Source of the DNA: Dehalococcoidia bacterium
GTDB taxonomy: Bacteria; Chloroflexota; Dehalococcoidia; UBA6926
Assembly: GCA_963666115.2 (NCBI GenBank)
Contig: CAXXET010000006.1
Location: 96,001-160,000, forward strand
DNA: 64,000 bases
Reading direction: 5' to 3'
Below, one piece after another: positions 48,464 to 58,169 of this stretch. Positions within the stretch are counted from its first letter, which is position 1. Each line of letters opens with the position of its first letter. Made by a program: the position numbers and the translations under genes. A model generated the notes under the pieces. It was not told where the DNA came from, did not search any database, and saw only the letters and a list, made by a program, of their open reading frames with translations.

Positions 48464-48561
48464 TGGCGGGAGTAGGAGGGAGTCGAACCCACCGGGGACG
48501 GCGCTGGCCGCCCCCCATCGGGGTTGAAGCCCGTGAGCCCCACCGGGAACCATCTACTCCC
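48464..48561 (-). tRNA. selC: tRNA-Sec (anticodon UCA)
   Basis: 98 nt; 8-bp acceptor stem GGGAGTAG/CTACTCCC followed by GCCA; anticodon loop CTTCAAC; long variable arm; GGTTCGACTCC T-arm. Confidence 0.93.
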
Positions 48562-48584
48562 GCGCGATGCGGGACGCCGGACAC

Positions 48585-49502
48585 CTAGGAATGCTCAGCG
48601 ATGTACTTCTCTGCGAAGATCGCCGCCGTCGCCCCGTCCCCAACCGCGGATGCCACCTGGCGCGCCGACTGCGCGCGAACGTCGCCCGCCGCGAACACGC
48701 CCGGGAACTGCGTCTCCATCTTCAAATTCACGTGCAGGTGCCCCTGCTCATCAGACGGCAGCTTCCCCCGCAGGAACTGCGTATTCGGCGTCAGCCCCAC
48801 GTAGATGAAAACCCCGTCAACCTGCCGCTCATACAGCGAGTCCTGCGTCACGTCCTTCAGCAGGAGCGTATCGACGAGGCCGTTGCCCTTGATCTCCTGC
48901 ACCGTTGTATTCCACAGGAAGTCCATCTTCTCGTTGGCGAACGCCCGCTCCTGCAGGATCTTCTGCGCCCGCAGCTCATCACGTCGATGGATGATCGTCA
49001 CCTTGTTCGCGAAACGCGTCAGGTAAGCGCCCTCCTCAACGGCCGCGTCGCCGCCGCCGACCACCACGAGCTCCTTGTCGCGGAAGAACGCGCCGTCGCA
49101 CACCGCGCAGTAAGAGACGCCGCGTCCGGAGAACTCATCCTCGCCCGGCACCTCCAGCTTGTTGTGCATGGAGCCGGTCGCGATGATCAGCGTCTTGGCC
49201 CTGATCTCGCCGTCGTCCGTCTTGACGATCTTGTAATCGCCCTCGAGCTCGACGTCCTCGACCTCGGCGTACTCGACGTTCAGGCCGAACTTCTCCGCGT
49301 GGTCCATCAACTTCTGCCCGAGCTCCGGTCCAAGGATGTGCTCAAAGCCCGGGTAATTTTCCACGTCCTCAGTGACGGCAAGCTGCCCGCCCACGAGGCC
49401 GCGTTCAACCAGCAGGGTATTCATCCGGGCGCGCGTGCCGTAAAGGCCCGCAGCCGCCCCCGTCGGCCCCCCGCCAAGGATGATCAGGTCATAGGTATCC
49501 AA
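48585..49502 (-). CDS. trxB: Thioredoxin reductase
   Basis: GGGPTG, GRGVSYCAVCDG, VVGGGDAAVEEG and VFAAGDVR. Confidence 0.96.
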   Translation of the reverse strand: MDTYDLIILGGGPTGAAAGLYGTRARMNTLLVERGLVGGQLAVTEDVENYPGFEHILGPELGQKLMDHAEKFGLNVEYAEVEDVELEGDYKIVKTDDGEIRAKTLIIATGSMHNKLEVPGEDEFSGRGVSYCAVCDGAFFRDKELVVVGGGDAAVEEGAYLTRFANKVTIIHRRDELRAQKILQERAFANEKMDFLWNTTVQEIKGNGLVDTLLLKDVTQDSLYERQVDGVFIYVGLTPNTQFLRGKLPSDEQGHLHVNLKMETQFPGVFAAGDVRAQSARQVASAVGDGATAAIFAEKYIAEHS

Positions 49503-49512
49503 CGCGCCGCCC

Positions 49513-49845
49513 CTAGACGGTTACGACCTTGGACAGCAGGCGGTCCTTGATCGCCTTCTTCGGCATCGCGCCGACAACCTGCGCCACCGGCTCGCCGCCT
49601 TGGAACACCATCAGCGTCGGGATGCTCATCACCTGGTACTTCAGCGCGATGTTCGGCGCCTCGTCCACGTTCAGCTTGGTGAAGCCCATGTCGGAGGAAT
49701 ACTCCTCCGCAAGCTCTTCGACGATCGGCGAGACGATCTTGCAGGGGCCGCACCAGGGCGCCCAGAAATCCACGAGCACCGGCTTCTCCGAACCCAGCAC
49801 CTCGCTCTGAAAATCGTTCTCGGTCACATCCTGCATCTTCGCCAT
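49513..49845 (-). CDS. trxA: Thioredoxin
   Basis: VDFWAPWCGPCK. Confidence 0.97.
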   Translation of the reverse strand: MAKMQDVTENDFQSEVLGSEKPVLVDFWAPWCGPCKIVSPIVEELAEEYSSDMGFTKLNVDEAPNIALKYQVMSIPTLMVFQGGEPVAQVVGAMPKKAIKDRLLSKVVTV

Positions 49846-50059
49846 CCCGGACCTTCCTTCCTGGTTCGCTACCCCTCTGTGGGTTCAGTTTACCCCGCCG
49901 CGCAACTAAAATCCGTCCCGCGCGGGCATATCAGTATACGAAATCTCAGCCCGCCCTGTCATTTTACCCCCCGCGCGGGTGTATGATTGCGGTACGGCAA
50001 GGCGTGACCGCCCGATGTGCGAGGGGCGGCGCTGAGCTTCAAGGGGAGGTAGGGAAGAC

Positions 50060-50938
50060 GTGCGTAACTTTAACTATGTCGCGCCCGCGTCGCTTGCTGA
50101 GGCCGTCCAGGCCTTTGGACAAGCCGGCGGCAAGGCGCGCGCTCTCGCAGGCGGCACCGACATCATCGACCAGATCCGCATCGGTCGCAGGACCCCGGAA
50201 CTGCTCATCGATACCAAGCGCGTGCCGGAAATGATGGTCTTTGACGATGACGGCGCGGGAGGACTCCGCATCGGCGCGGCGCTCCCGCTCTCACGCGTCC
50301 GGGACGATGACCGCGTCAAGGCCGGATTCCCGGCGCTTGCCACGGCGTCCGGGCTTGTCGGCGCAATCCAGATACAGAACCGCGCCACGCTTGGCGGCAA
50401 CGTCGGCAACGCGGCCCCCTCCGGCGACACCATACCCCCGCTGATGGTGCTGGGCAGCACCGTCGTCATCGCCGGTCCCAACGGCACGCGGGAAGAGCCT
50501 GTCGGCGACATCTTCGCAGGCCCCGGGCAGATGACGCTCGCGCCGGATGAGTGCCTGGTCGAGTTCCGCGTCCCCGCGCCCGCAGCCAACAGCTCCAGCT
50601 ACTACGTCCGGTTCATACCGCGCGCGGAGATGGACATCGCCGTCGTCGGCGTCGGCGTTTCAATGACCCTCAACGGTGGAGGACAGATCGAGGACGTCAA
50701 CATCGCCCTGGCATCCGTCGCCCCCACGCCGGTTCGGGCGACCGACGCCGAGAACGTGTTGCGCGGCGAGACGCTCACCGCCGCCCTTGCCCGCGAGGCC
50801 GGCGAACAGGCGGAGCATCACGCGTCCCCCATCTCGGACGTGCGCGGCTCAGCCGACTACCGCCGGGAGCTTACCAAGGTGCTGACGCGGCGCGCCGTCA
50901 CGGCCTGCGCCCAACAGCTCGGCGCCACCGTCAGTTAG
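50060..50938 (+). CDS. Xanthine dehydrogenase/CoxM-family FAD-binding subunit
   Basis: ALAGGTD, QIQNRATLGGN and PISDVRGSADYR. Confidence 0.92.
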   Translation: MRNFNYVAPASLAEAVQAFGQAGGKARALAGGTDIIDQIRIGRRTPELLIDTKRVPEMMVFDDDGAGGLRIGAALPLSRVRDDDRVKAGFPALATASGLVGAIQIQNRATLGGNVGNAAPSGDTIPPLMVLGSTVVIAGPNGTREEPVGDIFAGPGQMTLAPDECLVEFRVPAPAANSSSYYVRFIPRAEMDIAVVGVGVSMTLNGGGQIEDVNIALASVAPTPVRATDAENVLRGETLTAALAREAGEQAEHHASPISDVRGSADYRRELTKVLTRRAVTACAQQLGATVS

Positions 50939-50948
50939 GAGGACAACC

Positions 50949-51437
50949 ATGACGACAACGACAACAAACCGGCGCATCGTCCAATTCACCGTGAACGGCA
51001 ACGCCGTTGAGATCGCCATCACCCCCAGGCAGACCCTGCTTGAGGTTGTTCGAGACGAGCTTGGCCTCACCGGCGCGAAGGAGGGGTGCAGCAACGGCAA
51101 CTGCGGCTCCTGCACCATTGAGGTTGACGGCGTCACCATCAACTCCTGCTGCGCCCTCGGCGTTGAGATGGAGGGCAGGGAGGTCAACACCATCGAGGGC
51201 CTCGCCCCCGGCAATGATCTCCACCCCATCCAGCAGGCCTTCATGGAAAACGGCGGCCTCCAGTGCGGCATCTGCACCCCCGGATTCATCCTCTCCACAG
51301 ATCATCTCCTCAAGATGATTCCCAATCCCACGGAAGAGGAAATCAGGCTCCACCTGGCGGGCAACCTCTGCCGCTGCACCGGCTACGACAAGATAGTCCG
51401 CTCCGTCCAGGCCGCCGCCGCAGAAATGACCTCCTAA
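50949..51437 (+). CDS. Xanthine dehydrogenase/CoxS-family [2Fe-2S] subunit
   Basis: GC..G.CGSCT, QCGICTPG and GNLCRCTGY. Confidence 0.95.
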   Translation: MTTTTTNRRIVQFTVNGNAVEIAITPRQTLLEVVRDELGLTGAKEGCSNGNCGSCTIEVDGVTINSCCALGVEMEGREVNTIEGLAPGNDLHPIQQAFMENGGLQCGICTPGFILSTDHLLKMIPNPTEEEIRLHLAGNLCRCTGYDKIVRSVQAAAAEMTS

Positions 51438-51447
51438 GCGCTATTTC

Positions 51448-51512
51448 CCCTCCCCACTCTGTGGGGGAGGGCTAAGGTGGGCGAGGTGTCATTCTGAGCG
51501 CAGCGAAGAATC
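51448..51512 (+). repeat. Repeats D and B
   Basis: CCCTCCCC..GGGGGAGGGCTAAGGTGGG, then an exact B copy at 51488. Confidence 0.8.
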
Positions 51513-51540
51513 CAAAGTCACGATTGAGCAATCCAGCGCT

Positions 51541-53076
51541 ATGACCCAACCAGCCGCCACCCTCGTCCGCGGCCGCCGCGTCCTCACCCGCGCAGAGCAC
51601 GACGGCAGCTATACCCTCCTCAACGATGCCGCCGTCGCCATAGCCCCGGACGGCTCCATCATCGAGGCCGCCCCCTACGATGATCTCCGTTCCCGCCACC
51701 CCGATGCGGACGTCATCGGCAACGGCTCCCACTTCGTTCTCCCCGGCCTCGTCAACGCCCACCACCACGGGCGCGGCGTCTCCTACCTCCAACTCGGCCA
51801 GCCCGACGGCGCGCTTGAAACCTGGCTGAATCTCGCGTGGGGACGCAAGCCCATGGACTCATACCTCATGGGTCTCTACACCCTCATGCAGCAGCTCAGG
51901 TCCGGCACCACCGCCGTTATGTTCAACCAGGCCGGCCCCCTTGCCGAGGCCGAGGGCACCCTCACCGCGTTCCGTGAAGTGGGCGTCCGCACCGCATTCT
52001 CCATCGGATTCCGCTCCCAGTGCTTCCTGATCTACGGCGACGACGAGGAGTTCCTTGCCGGCCTGCCGGATGATCTCTCGCAGACCGCCCGCGCCGTCGT
52101 CGAAGCCTCCCGCGTCGACTTCGAGGACAACCTCAACCTCGTCCTTGACCTCCATGAGCGGTATCAGAAGCCGGACCCGATGGCCGTCCGTATTCTCCTC
52201 AGCCCGTCAGGCTACCACTGGGCCGATGAAAACACCCTCAGCCGCATCGTGGAAACTGCCCGCGACAACGACATGGGCATCCACACCCACGTCCTTGAAA
52301 CCGTCTACCAGCGCCTGTACGCCAACCGGACGACGGGCCAGTCCCCCGTGCAGCGCCTCGCAGACCTCGGCATGACCGGCCCCGGCGTCTCCTACGCCCA
52401 CTGCGTGTGGGTCACGGAGGACGATATCCGCATCCTCGCCGATACCGGCACGTCGGTCAGCCACAACCCCAGCTCCAACCTGCGCCTCCACAGCGGCATC
52501 GCCCCCGTCGGCGCCATGCTGGACGCCGGCGTCAACGTCGGACTCGGAACCGACAGCGTCGGCATCAACGACGATGATGACATGCTCCAGGAAATCGGCC
52601 TCAGCCAGCGACTCCACCGCGCCCCGGGCCTGGACAACCGCCGTGTCACGCCCGGCGAGTTGCTCTACATGGCGACGCTCGGCGGCGCGAAAGCCCTGAC
52701 TCTGGACGACCACATTGGCAGCCTCGAACCCGGCAAGCGCGCCGATATCGTCATGCTCAACTGGGACCGCGTCTCCTACCCGTATCTGGACAGCGAACTC
52801 GATCCCCTTGAAGTCCTCGTCTCACGCGCACGCGGACGAGACGTGCGAACCGTCCTGATCGATGGCCGCGTCGTCTACGACAACGGCGAATACCCCACCC
52901 TCAACGTCCCCGCCATCACCATGCGAATCCAGGAAGCCTTGGCAGGAGGCCCGCCCCCGGACGTCCTAAAGCGCCGCCAAGCCGCCCAGGCCCTCGACCC
53001 TCACATCCGAGCCTACTACCGAAACTGGCAACTCCCCGAAACCCCCCAATACACCCTCCGCAACGCCGCCCGATAG
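51541..53076 (+). CDS. Amidohydrolase (guanine/MTA-SAH deaminase, AtzA-like family)
   Basis: PGLVNAHHH, IHTHVLET, AHCVW, HNPSSNLRL.SG, LGTD and GSLEPGKRAD. Confidence 0.88.
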   Translation: MTQPAATLVRGRRVLTRAEHDGSYTLLNDAAVAIAPDGSIIEAAPYDDLRSRHPDADVIGNGSHFVLPGLVNAHHHGRGVSYLQLGQPDGALETWLNLAWGRKPMDSYLMGLYTLMQQLRSGTTAVMFNQAGPLAEAEGTLTAFREVGVRTAFSIGFRSQCFLIYGDDEEFLAGLPDDLSQTARAVVEASRVDFEDNLNLVLDLHERYQKPDPMAVRILLSPSGYHWADENTLSRIVETARDNDMGIHTHVLETVYQRLYANRTTGQSPVQRLADLGMTGPGVSYAHCVWVTEDDIRILADTGTSVSHNPSSNLRLHSGIAPVGAMLDAGVNVGLGTDSVGINDDDDMLQEIGLSQRLHRAPGLDNRRVTPGELLYMATLGGAKALTLDDHIGSLEPGKRADIVMLNWDRVSYPYLDSELDPLEVLVSRARGRDVRTVLIDGRVVYDNGEYPTLNVPAITMRIQEALAGGPPPDVLKRRQAAQALDPHIRAYYRNWQLPETPQYTLRNAAR

Positions 53077-53080
53077 CCCC

Positions 53081-53170
53081 GTCATTCCGGCGTAGGCCGG
53101 AATCCATCGCGTGGCCCGCAGGGCCACATCCCGCACCCCTCCCCCCGAATCCCCCGCGCAGGCGGGGGCC
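53081..53170 (+). repeat. Repeats A and E between convergent genes
   Basis: GTCATTCCGGCGTAGGCCGGAATCCA and GAATCCCCCGCGCAGGCGGGGGCC. Confidence 0.85.
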
Positions 53171-55062
53171 TACCCCCCGGCCGTAATCGTAACCGTGTCA
53201 GCCTTGATGTACTTCCACGCGTCGCTCACCTTGACGCCGATGAACAGTTTCACGCGGTACGTCGTCCCCGCAGTCAGCCCGGTTATCTGGTGGCTCGACG
53301 CCGACTTGCTGTAGAAAACGACGTTCTGCTTGCCCGTCCAATTTGAGGGCGCCTGGCCCGTATCCTCCACCCAGCGCACTTCGTAGTACTTGAAAACCTG
53401 GTCGTCGGAAAAGTCGTAGCTCCACGTCACAGCGCCGCTCGCGGTGACGGCGAAAGTCGGCGCGGCGGGTGGGACAGGCGTGGCAGTGGGCGGAATGGGC
53501 GTGGCGGTGGGTGGAACAGGTGTCGGCGCGGGCGCCGTGCCGTCATGGATGCGCAGCATCAGCGTGTCGCCATTCTCCCACGGCTGCGACGATACGCTCC
53601 AACTCAGTGTATCCTTCGCGCTGTCCACCGTCGCGTTGGCGACGCTCAGAGACAGCGACGCCGTGCCGTCCAACCCGATGACGTCCACAACCTGCCCCGC
53701 AAGCGCATCATCCGGTGTGACCCCAAGTGTCACCGTCCCGGATTCCCACGTCATCCCACTAATCGTCGCCGCCGCGCCGTCAGCGCCTGTGAACGTGTTG
53801 GGCTTCAGCACACCGTTCGTGGCATTCGCCCCGATAGCCGTGCCAATGGTCACCGGATCAAAGAACGCCTCGTGGAGGGTGCCGGTGGGCGCGGTAACGG
53901 TCAGGAACAACTCTTCCCGCTTCTTCTCCAGGTCGGGCATTCCGTCGCAGATGATGTATATCTTTGGACGAGGGGTGAAATAGGTCTTGTACTCTCCTGC
54001 GGGCAGGGGGCGCATCGTGTCCAGAACCACCGGCCATCTCGTTCTGAACAAGGCCGCGTCCCTGCCTGTAAGTTGGACATCGTCGGCATCAGGCGGCGGG
54101 GTTGCCGGAAACCCGCTATACGCAGAATCCGTGAACGCCATCGTTCCTCCGGCCAACCCGGAGCCGAGGGTGGCATCAAAGCGTTTGTAATAGTAACCTT
54201 GGCCGCCGATCTCGACTATCCTGGCCAGCTCATACTGTGCCTCACGTGCCTGTTCGGTCTTCCTGTAAAGGCAGTCCTTGTACGCCTCGGAGCCGCCTCC
54301 TGCTGCGATTTCGCGGTCATTGGCCGCAATCTTCGCCTTTAGGGCGGATAGCGTGATGGTTGGCGTGGTCTCGGACTGACCTGACACCCCAGATGCCCCA
54401 TCGGTGGCTGCGGGCGAATCCAGCAGGAAGCTCTGCGTATCCGAGCTGCCGGATGCTCCGCCGGCCTCGGACGAAGCGGCGGGCAGCCATCGCTTGTCCC
54501 ACCGGCTGGCTATCGTATAGTAGTCCTCCCAAGGCTCATCGAAGTATAACCCTCCCAGCCGATACCGATTCGCTTGACTGGTGCTGGGCAGTTCCGGATG
54601 GGAGTTTTCGAGAAAGAGTATCGCTTCCCTGCTATCCCACTGCGTGTCCCGCCTGCCCTTCAGGGCCTCTGCCCGCGTGACGGCGCTCCCGCTCGTACTA
54701 AAGGTATCCAGACCGTCCCAAGCCACCGCCACAAGCTCGCTGCTACCACTCCCCCTCAGGTACTCCAACACCCGGAACCGGTAGTCCAGGGCGGCGACGT
54801 AGTCCGTCTCTCCTGTCTGCTGCTCCGCCACCGCAGTCACTGAGAGCAACTCCACCCGGGCGATAACATCCGCCCACGCTATCGTCTCCTCGACGGGGGC
54901 CACACCGTAGTAATCAGAGCCTGAGCCAAGCATGTCAGTCGGCGCCTGTTGAGTCGGCGCCTGTTCCGTTTGGGAGTTGCAGCCCGCCAAAACGGCCGCC
55001 AACAAAATAAGCCCCACCGCGCGTATCATCGTCTCCGCCCCATCACGCCTCGTCCATGTCAT
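53170..55062 (-). CDS. Secreted lipoprotein with Pro/Thr linker and C-terminal fibronectin type III-like domain
   Basis: Lipobox LAGC, PTATP repeats, and YEVRW...ITGLTAGTTYRV. Confidence 0.75.
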   Translation of the reverse strand: MTWTRRDGAETMIRAVGLILLAAVLAGCNSQTEQAPTQQAPTDMLGSGSDYYGVAPVEETIAWADVIARVELLSVTAVAEQQTGETDYVAALDYRFRVLEYLRGSGSSELVAVAWDGLDTFSTSGSAVTRAEALKGRRDTQWDSREAILFLENSHPELPSTSQANRYRLGGLYFDEPWEDYYTIASRWDKRWLPAASSEAGGASGSSDTQSFLLDSPAATDGASGVSGQSETTPTITLSALKAKIAANDREIAAGGGSEAYKDCLYRKTEQAREAQYELARIVEIGGQGYYYKRFDATLGSGLAGGTMAFTDSAYSGFPATPPPDADDVQLTGRDAALFRTRWPVVLDTMRPLPAGEYKTYFTPRPKIYIICDGMPDLEKKREELFLTVTAPTGTLHEAFFDPVTIGTAIGANATNGVLKPNTFTGADGAAATISGMTWESGTVTLGVTPDDALAGQVVDVIGLDGTASLSLSVANATVDSAKDTLSWSVSSQPWENGDTLMLRIHDGTAPAPTPVPPTATPIPPTATPVPPAAPTFAVTASGAVTWSYDFSDDQVFKYYEVRWVEDTGQAPSNWTGKQNVVFYSKSASSHQITGLTAGTTYRVKLFIGVKVSDAWKYIKADTVTITAGG

Positions 55063-55145
55063 CCAATCTTGCCTGTAACGCCCACGTCATGCATGGCAGC
55101 AGTTCTACCCCGCGCCCGCCCGCCTGTCAACTCGGCCGCCTCCCC

Positions 55146-55201
55146 TTTTCCCCGCAAAACCGGGAATCCAGCCCCCCGCTCACCCTGAGCCTGTCGAAGG
55201 G
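55146..55201 (+). repeat. Degenerate A and C repeats
   Basis: TTTTCCCCGCAAAACCGGGAATCCA (same variant at 58043) and CCGCTCACCCTGAGCCTGTCGAAGGG. Confidence 0.8.
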
Positions 55202-55266
55202 TGCCCCCACCTCACCCCGCCCAATGCGCTATTATCCCCTAAGCGTGCCGTATCAACAGGGGGGTA

Positions 55267-57972
55267 ATGATGCGCGGCATTGTGTGGGTCACACTGACCG
55301 TTGGCGCCCTCGCCTTTGCACTCGCCGCCCTGACCGCCTGCCGGGCCCCTGACCCCACGCCCACTCCCACCCCAGCGCCAACACCGCCACCCACCCCCAC
55401 CCCAACGCCCACGTCCACCGAGCAGCTCAACCAACAGGCAGCCTGGCTCGCCAACCCCCCGGACGCCGCCCACTGGATCGCCAGAACCGCCATCCGTCGC
55501 ATCGCCGTGGAAGATGAAACCCTGGGGCAGCAGGTTGCCGCTCTGCCATGGAGCGTCGATGGCATAACCGCAGATGAGGCCGGCGTGCTGGACGATCTCT
55601 CGTGGCTGCTACAACAAGACCCCGCCATCGCCGCAGCCGTGCTGGACTTCTCATGGATGTCCGCAACCGCGAACATCACCGCAGATGACCGCCGCGCGCT
55701 CCGCGCAGTCCGCGCCGCCGTCGACGCGGATAGCGCCCTCGGCGCAACCCTAGCCTCCTACCCATGGTTCGAAACGCCCGTCACCCCCGAAGGTGCCGAC
55801 GCACTGGAAACCCTAGCCGAACTCGTCGCCCCGGACTTCCAGTCGCAGACCGTCACCGGCATCGGCGCAATGCGGCTCCGGCCTCCATCACCCACCGAAC
55901 CCCCACACCTCGAATTCGCGCAAGAACTAGCGGAGATCAACTGGCTCCAGGACGAAATAACCGGGGTCGAACCAGAGGCGCTCAACGCCTGGGCCGAGTT
56001 GATTCAAGTCGAAGAGCCGAGCGGAGACGCGGCCCTGGAAACAGTGTGGCGCTACAACTGGACGCGTGACGACGCGACGCAAGCAGAAGTAAAGTTCATC
56101 AGTGACCTAAGCGAAGTGGCTGCATCAACCGATGATCGCAATGCAGACGCGCTCGAGACAATCATGGCGTATGGCTGGGTGAGGAACGGCATCGCTCAAT
56201 CCGAAAGCGGGTGGATACTGCGTTACCAACCCCTGCTGGAGGATGCCGGCCCGGAGGACGCGGACGCGCTGCCCCTCATCCTGGACTATGCGTGGGTGAG
56301 GGACGGGCTCCGAGCGCAAGAGGTGGGCCATTTGTCGTCGCTGCGTTCCATCTTCCGCTACAGTTCCGCTGAGAACGCTCCGGCAATCCGTACGGTCTTC
56401 GGGTACCCGTGGTTGGCGGATTCGATCACGTCGGATGAAATTGCGGTGCTGAGAGACATCGCGAGTGCGCTGTCTGCGACCGAGACCGTGGGCGCGGCCC
56501 ACGTGAACAAACTCCTTGGTTACGGATGGGTCTCAGACGACATCACCGCTGACGAGTCAGCCGGTTTCGGCCTGCTGTCAGACACTCTGCGGATGCTTGG
56601 GCGGGATTACCCGGAGGCCGCGCAGTCCGTCCTCGCGTATGAGTGGGTGCAGGATGACCTGGTGGATTCCGACCTGGTTTCGCTGCGCGCGCTCTTTTCA
56701 GTCTTTAGGCATCCTAGAGACCAGACGGGCGACTTCACTGTGGCGCTAACCGCCCGGCCATGGCTCCAGGACGGCCTTGACGAGGATGAGTTGGCCCTGC
56801 TTGGACTCTTCGATCATTCCCTGAGATCAGTCCCTGCCGGCACAATCATGCCCCCTGCGCTTGCCGCCTACCCGTGGCTGGATGGCGGCATTTCAAGTCG
56901 GGAAGAGCAGTGGCTTATCGACTTCCTGCAGGTACTGGCTGCCGGTGTTCTGCCTGACGGCTTCGACGCGGTCCAGTTCTCGGAATTGCCGTGGTTCCAG
57001 GACGGCATCGATGAATTCGAGGCATCGGCAACATCACACCTCGCGTGGGACTCCACGCTCCGAGACCCGGACATCCTCAGCAAGGAGTGGTTCCAGGACG
57101 GCCTGTCTGAGCAAGACATGGTGCTCCTGAGGGCCCTCGTCGACGCCAAGTGGCGCTCTGAACACCACTATCCGGACTTGCTGGATTCGCCCTACATAGC
57201 CAACAAAACACTCACATTGCTGCACAGGGAGTTGGAGGTCTATGTTGTCGGCTCCACGCAGTTCAAGGCCAATGACCCGACGATGGGTCTGATTGAGGAC
57301 ATTGCCCTCAAACTCGAAGAGTTCATGGCGCTGCCGTTCCCGCGAGACAACATCGTCATCTTCTACTGGCAGCCTGCCTGGAGCGAGGGGCAGACGCCCC
57401 GGTTCGGTCTCGGCCACGCCGGATTGGCATTCTTTACCTTGGCGCCCCCGCACCACAACCGCAATTACCACCTGGCCGTCTTCCATGAGATGGCTCACGC
57501 ATACTGGGGCGGCCACACCGGCGCGCCGCCTTGGTGGAATGAAGGAGCCGCCGGTTTCCTGCCGGACTACGCCCGCGATGCCCTCGGCCAGGAAACCCTG
57601 GACGAACGGCGCGCCGACCTGCTTGAGGACACGGAGCGCGAGTGCTGGAGTTGGCGCATCGCCAACATCTCTGAGTACTACCACATACAAGAGACGAACC
57701 GCCCACTCGCGGAACGCCGCAGCATCTGCATCTACGCCTTTGGCGAGCTCTTCCTCATGGAGATGTACCTCCTCCTCGGACACGACGCCGTCTCCACTGC
57801 CATGCGCCAACTCTACGTGGACGCCCGCGACTCAGACTGGCAAGACCCGATTACAGACCAAAAAATCTACGATGCCTTCCTAGCCAACACCCCCCAGGAC
57901 AAACTCGAAGACTTCCACAACCTCTTCGACGACATCCACGGCGGCGCCAAAGTCACCCTCCAGGACTCCTAA
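55267..57972 (+). CDS. Lipoprotein with ~14 W-x-x-D-G/D repeats and a C-terminal gluzincin-like metallopeptidase domain
   Basis: Lipobox LTAC, PT linker, repeats such as LPWFQDGIDEFE, and HEMAH...WWNEGAA. Confidence 0.8.
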   Translation: MMRGIVWVTLTVGALAFALAALTACRAPDPTPTPTPAPTPPPTPTPTPTSTEQLNQQAAWLANPPDAAHWIARTAIRRIAVEDETLGQQVAALPWSVDGITADEAGVLDDLSWLLQQDPAIAAAVLDFSWMSATANITADDRRALRAVRAAVDADSALGATLASYPWFETPVTPEGADALETLAELVAPDFQSQTVTGIGAMRLRPPSPTEPPHLEFAQELAEINWLQDEITGVEPEALNAWAELIQVEEPSGDAALETVWRYNWTRDDATQAEVKFISDLSEVAASTDDRNADALETIMAYGWVRNGIAQSESGWILRYQPLLEDAGPEDADALPLILDYAWVRDGLRAQEVGHLSSLRSIFRYSSAENAPAIRTVFGYPWLADSITSDEIAVLRDIASALSATETVGAAHVNKLLGYGWVSDDITADESAGFGLLSDTLRMLGRDYPEAAQSVLAYEWVQDDLVDSDLVSLRALFSVFRHPRDQTGDFTVALTARPWLQDGLDEDELALLGLFDHSLRSVPAGTIMPPALAAYPWLDGGISSREEQWLIDFLQVLAAGVLPDGFDAVQFSELPWFQDGIDEFEASATSHLAWDSTLRDPDILSKEWFQDGLSEQDMVLLRALVDAKWRSEHHYPDLLDSPYIANKTLTLLHRELEVYVVGSTQFKANDPTMGLIEDIALKLEEFMALPFPRDNIVIFYWQPAWSEGQTPRFGLGHAGLAFFTLAPPHHNRNYHLAVFHEMAHAYWGGHTGAPPWWNEGAAGFLPDYARDALGQETLDERRADLLEDTERECWSWRIANISEYYHIQETNRPLAERRSICIYAFGELFLMEMYLLLGHDAVSTAMRQLYVDARDSDWQDPITDQKIYDAFLANTPQDKLEDFHNLFDDIHGGAKVTLQDS

Positions 57973-57977
57973 CCCTC

Positions 57978-58159
57978 CCGCTCACCCTAAGCACCACCCC
58001 CGTTCACCCTGAGCCTGTCGAAGGGTGAACCCCCACCCTCCCCTTTTCCCCGCAAAACCGGGAATCCAGCCCTCCCCCCCCCCGTCATTCCGGCGAAAGC
58101 CGGAATCCATCGGGCACCGTCATCCTGACGATCTGTCATTCTGAGCGCAGCGAAGAATC
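57978..58159 (+). repeat. Dense cluster: half C, C, A, A, half B, B
   Basis: Copies at 57978, 58000, 58043, 58084, 58119 and 58135. Confidence 0.88.
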
Positions 58160-58169
58160 CACCATCGCC

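Noticed and set aside
48360-48464. selC as the integration site of an island
   Set aside because: No duplicated tRNA 3' end and no integrase were found in the window.
48585-49845. Selenoproteins next to selC
   Set aside because: TrxB (CAVC), TrxA (CGPC), TlpA (CVPC) and ArsC use Cys codons, and no in-frame UGA was seen.
57978-58159. Repeat cluster as a CRISPR array
   Set aside because: The units belong to different families, spacing is irregular, there are no unique equal-length spacers, and no cas genes are present.
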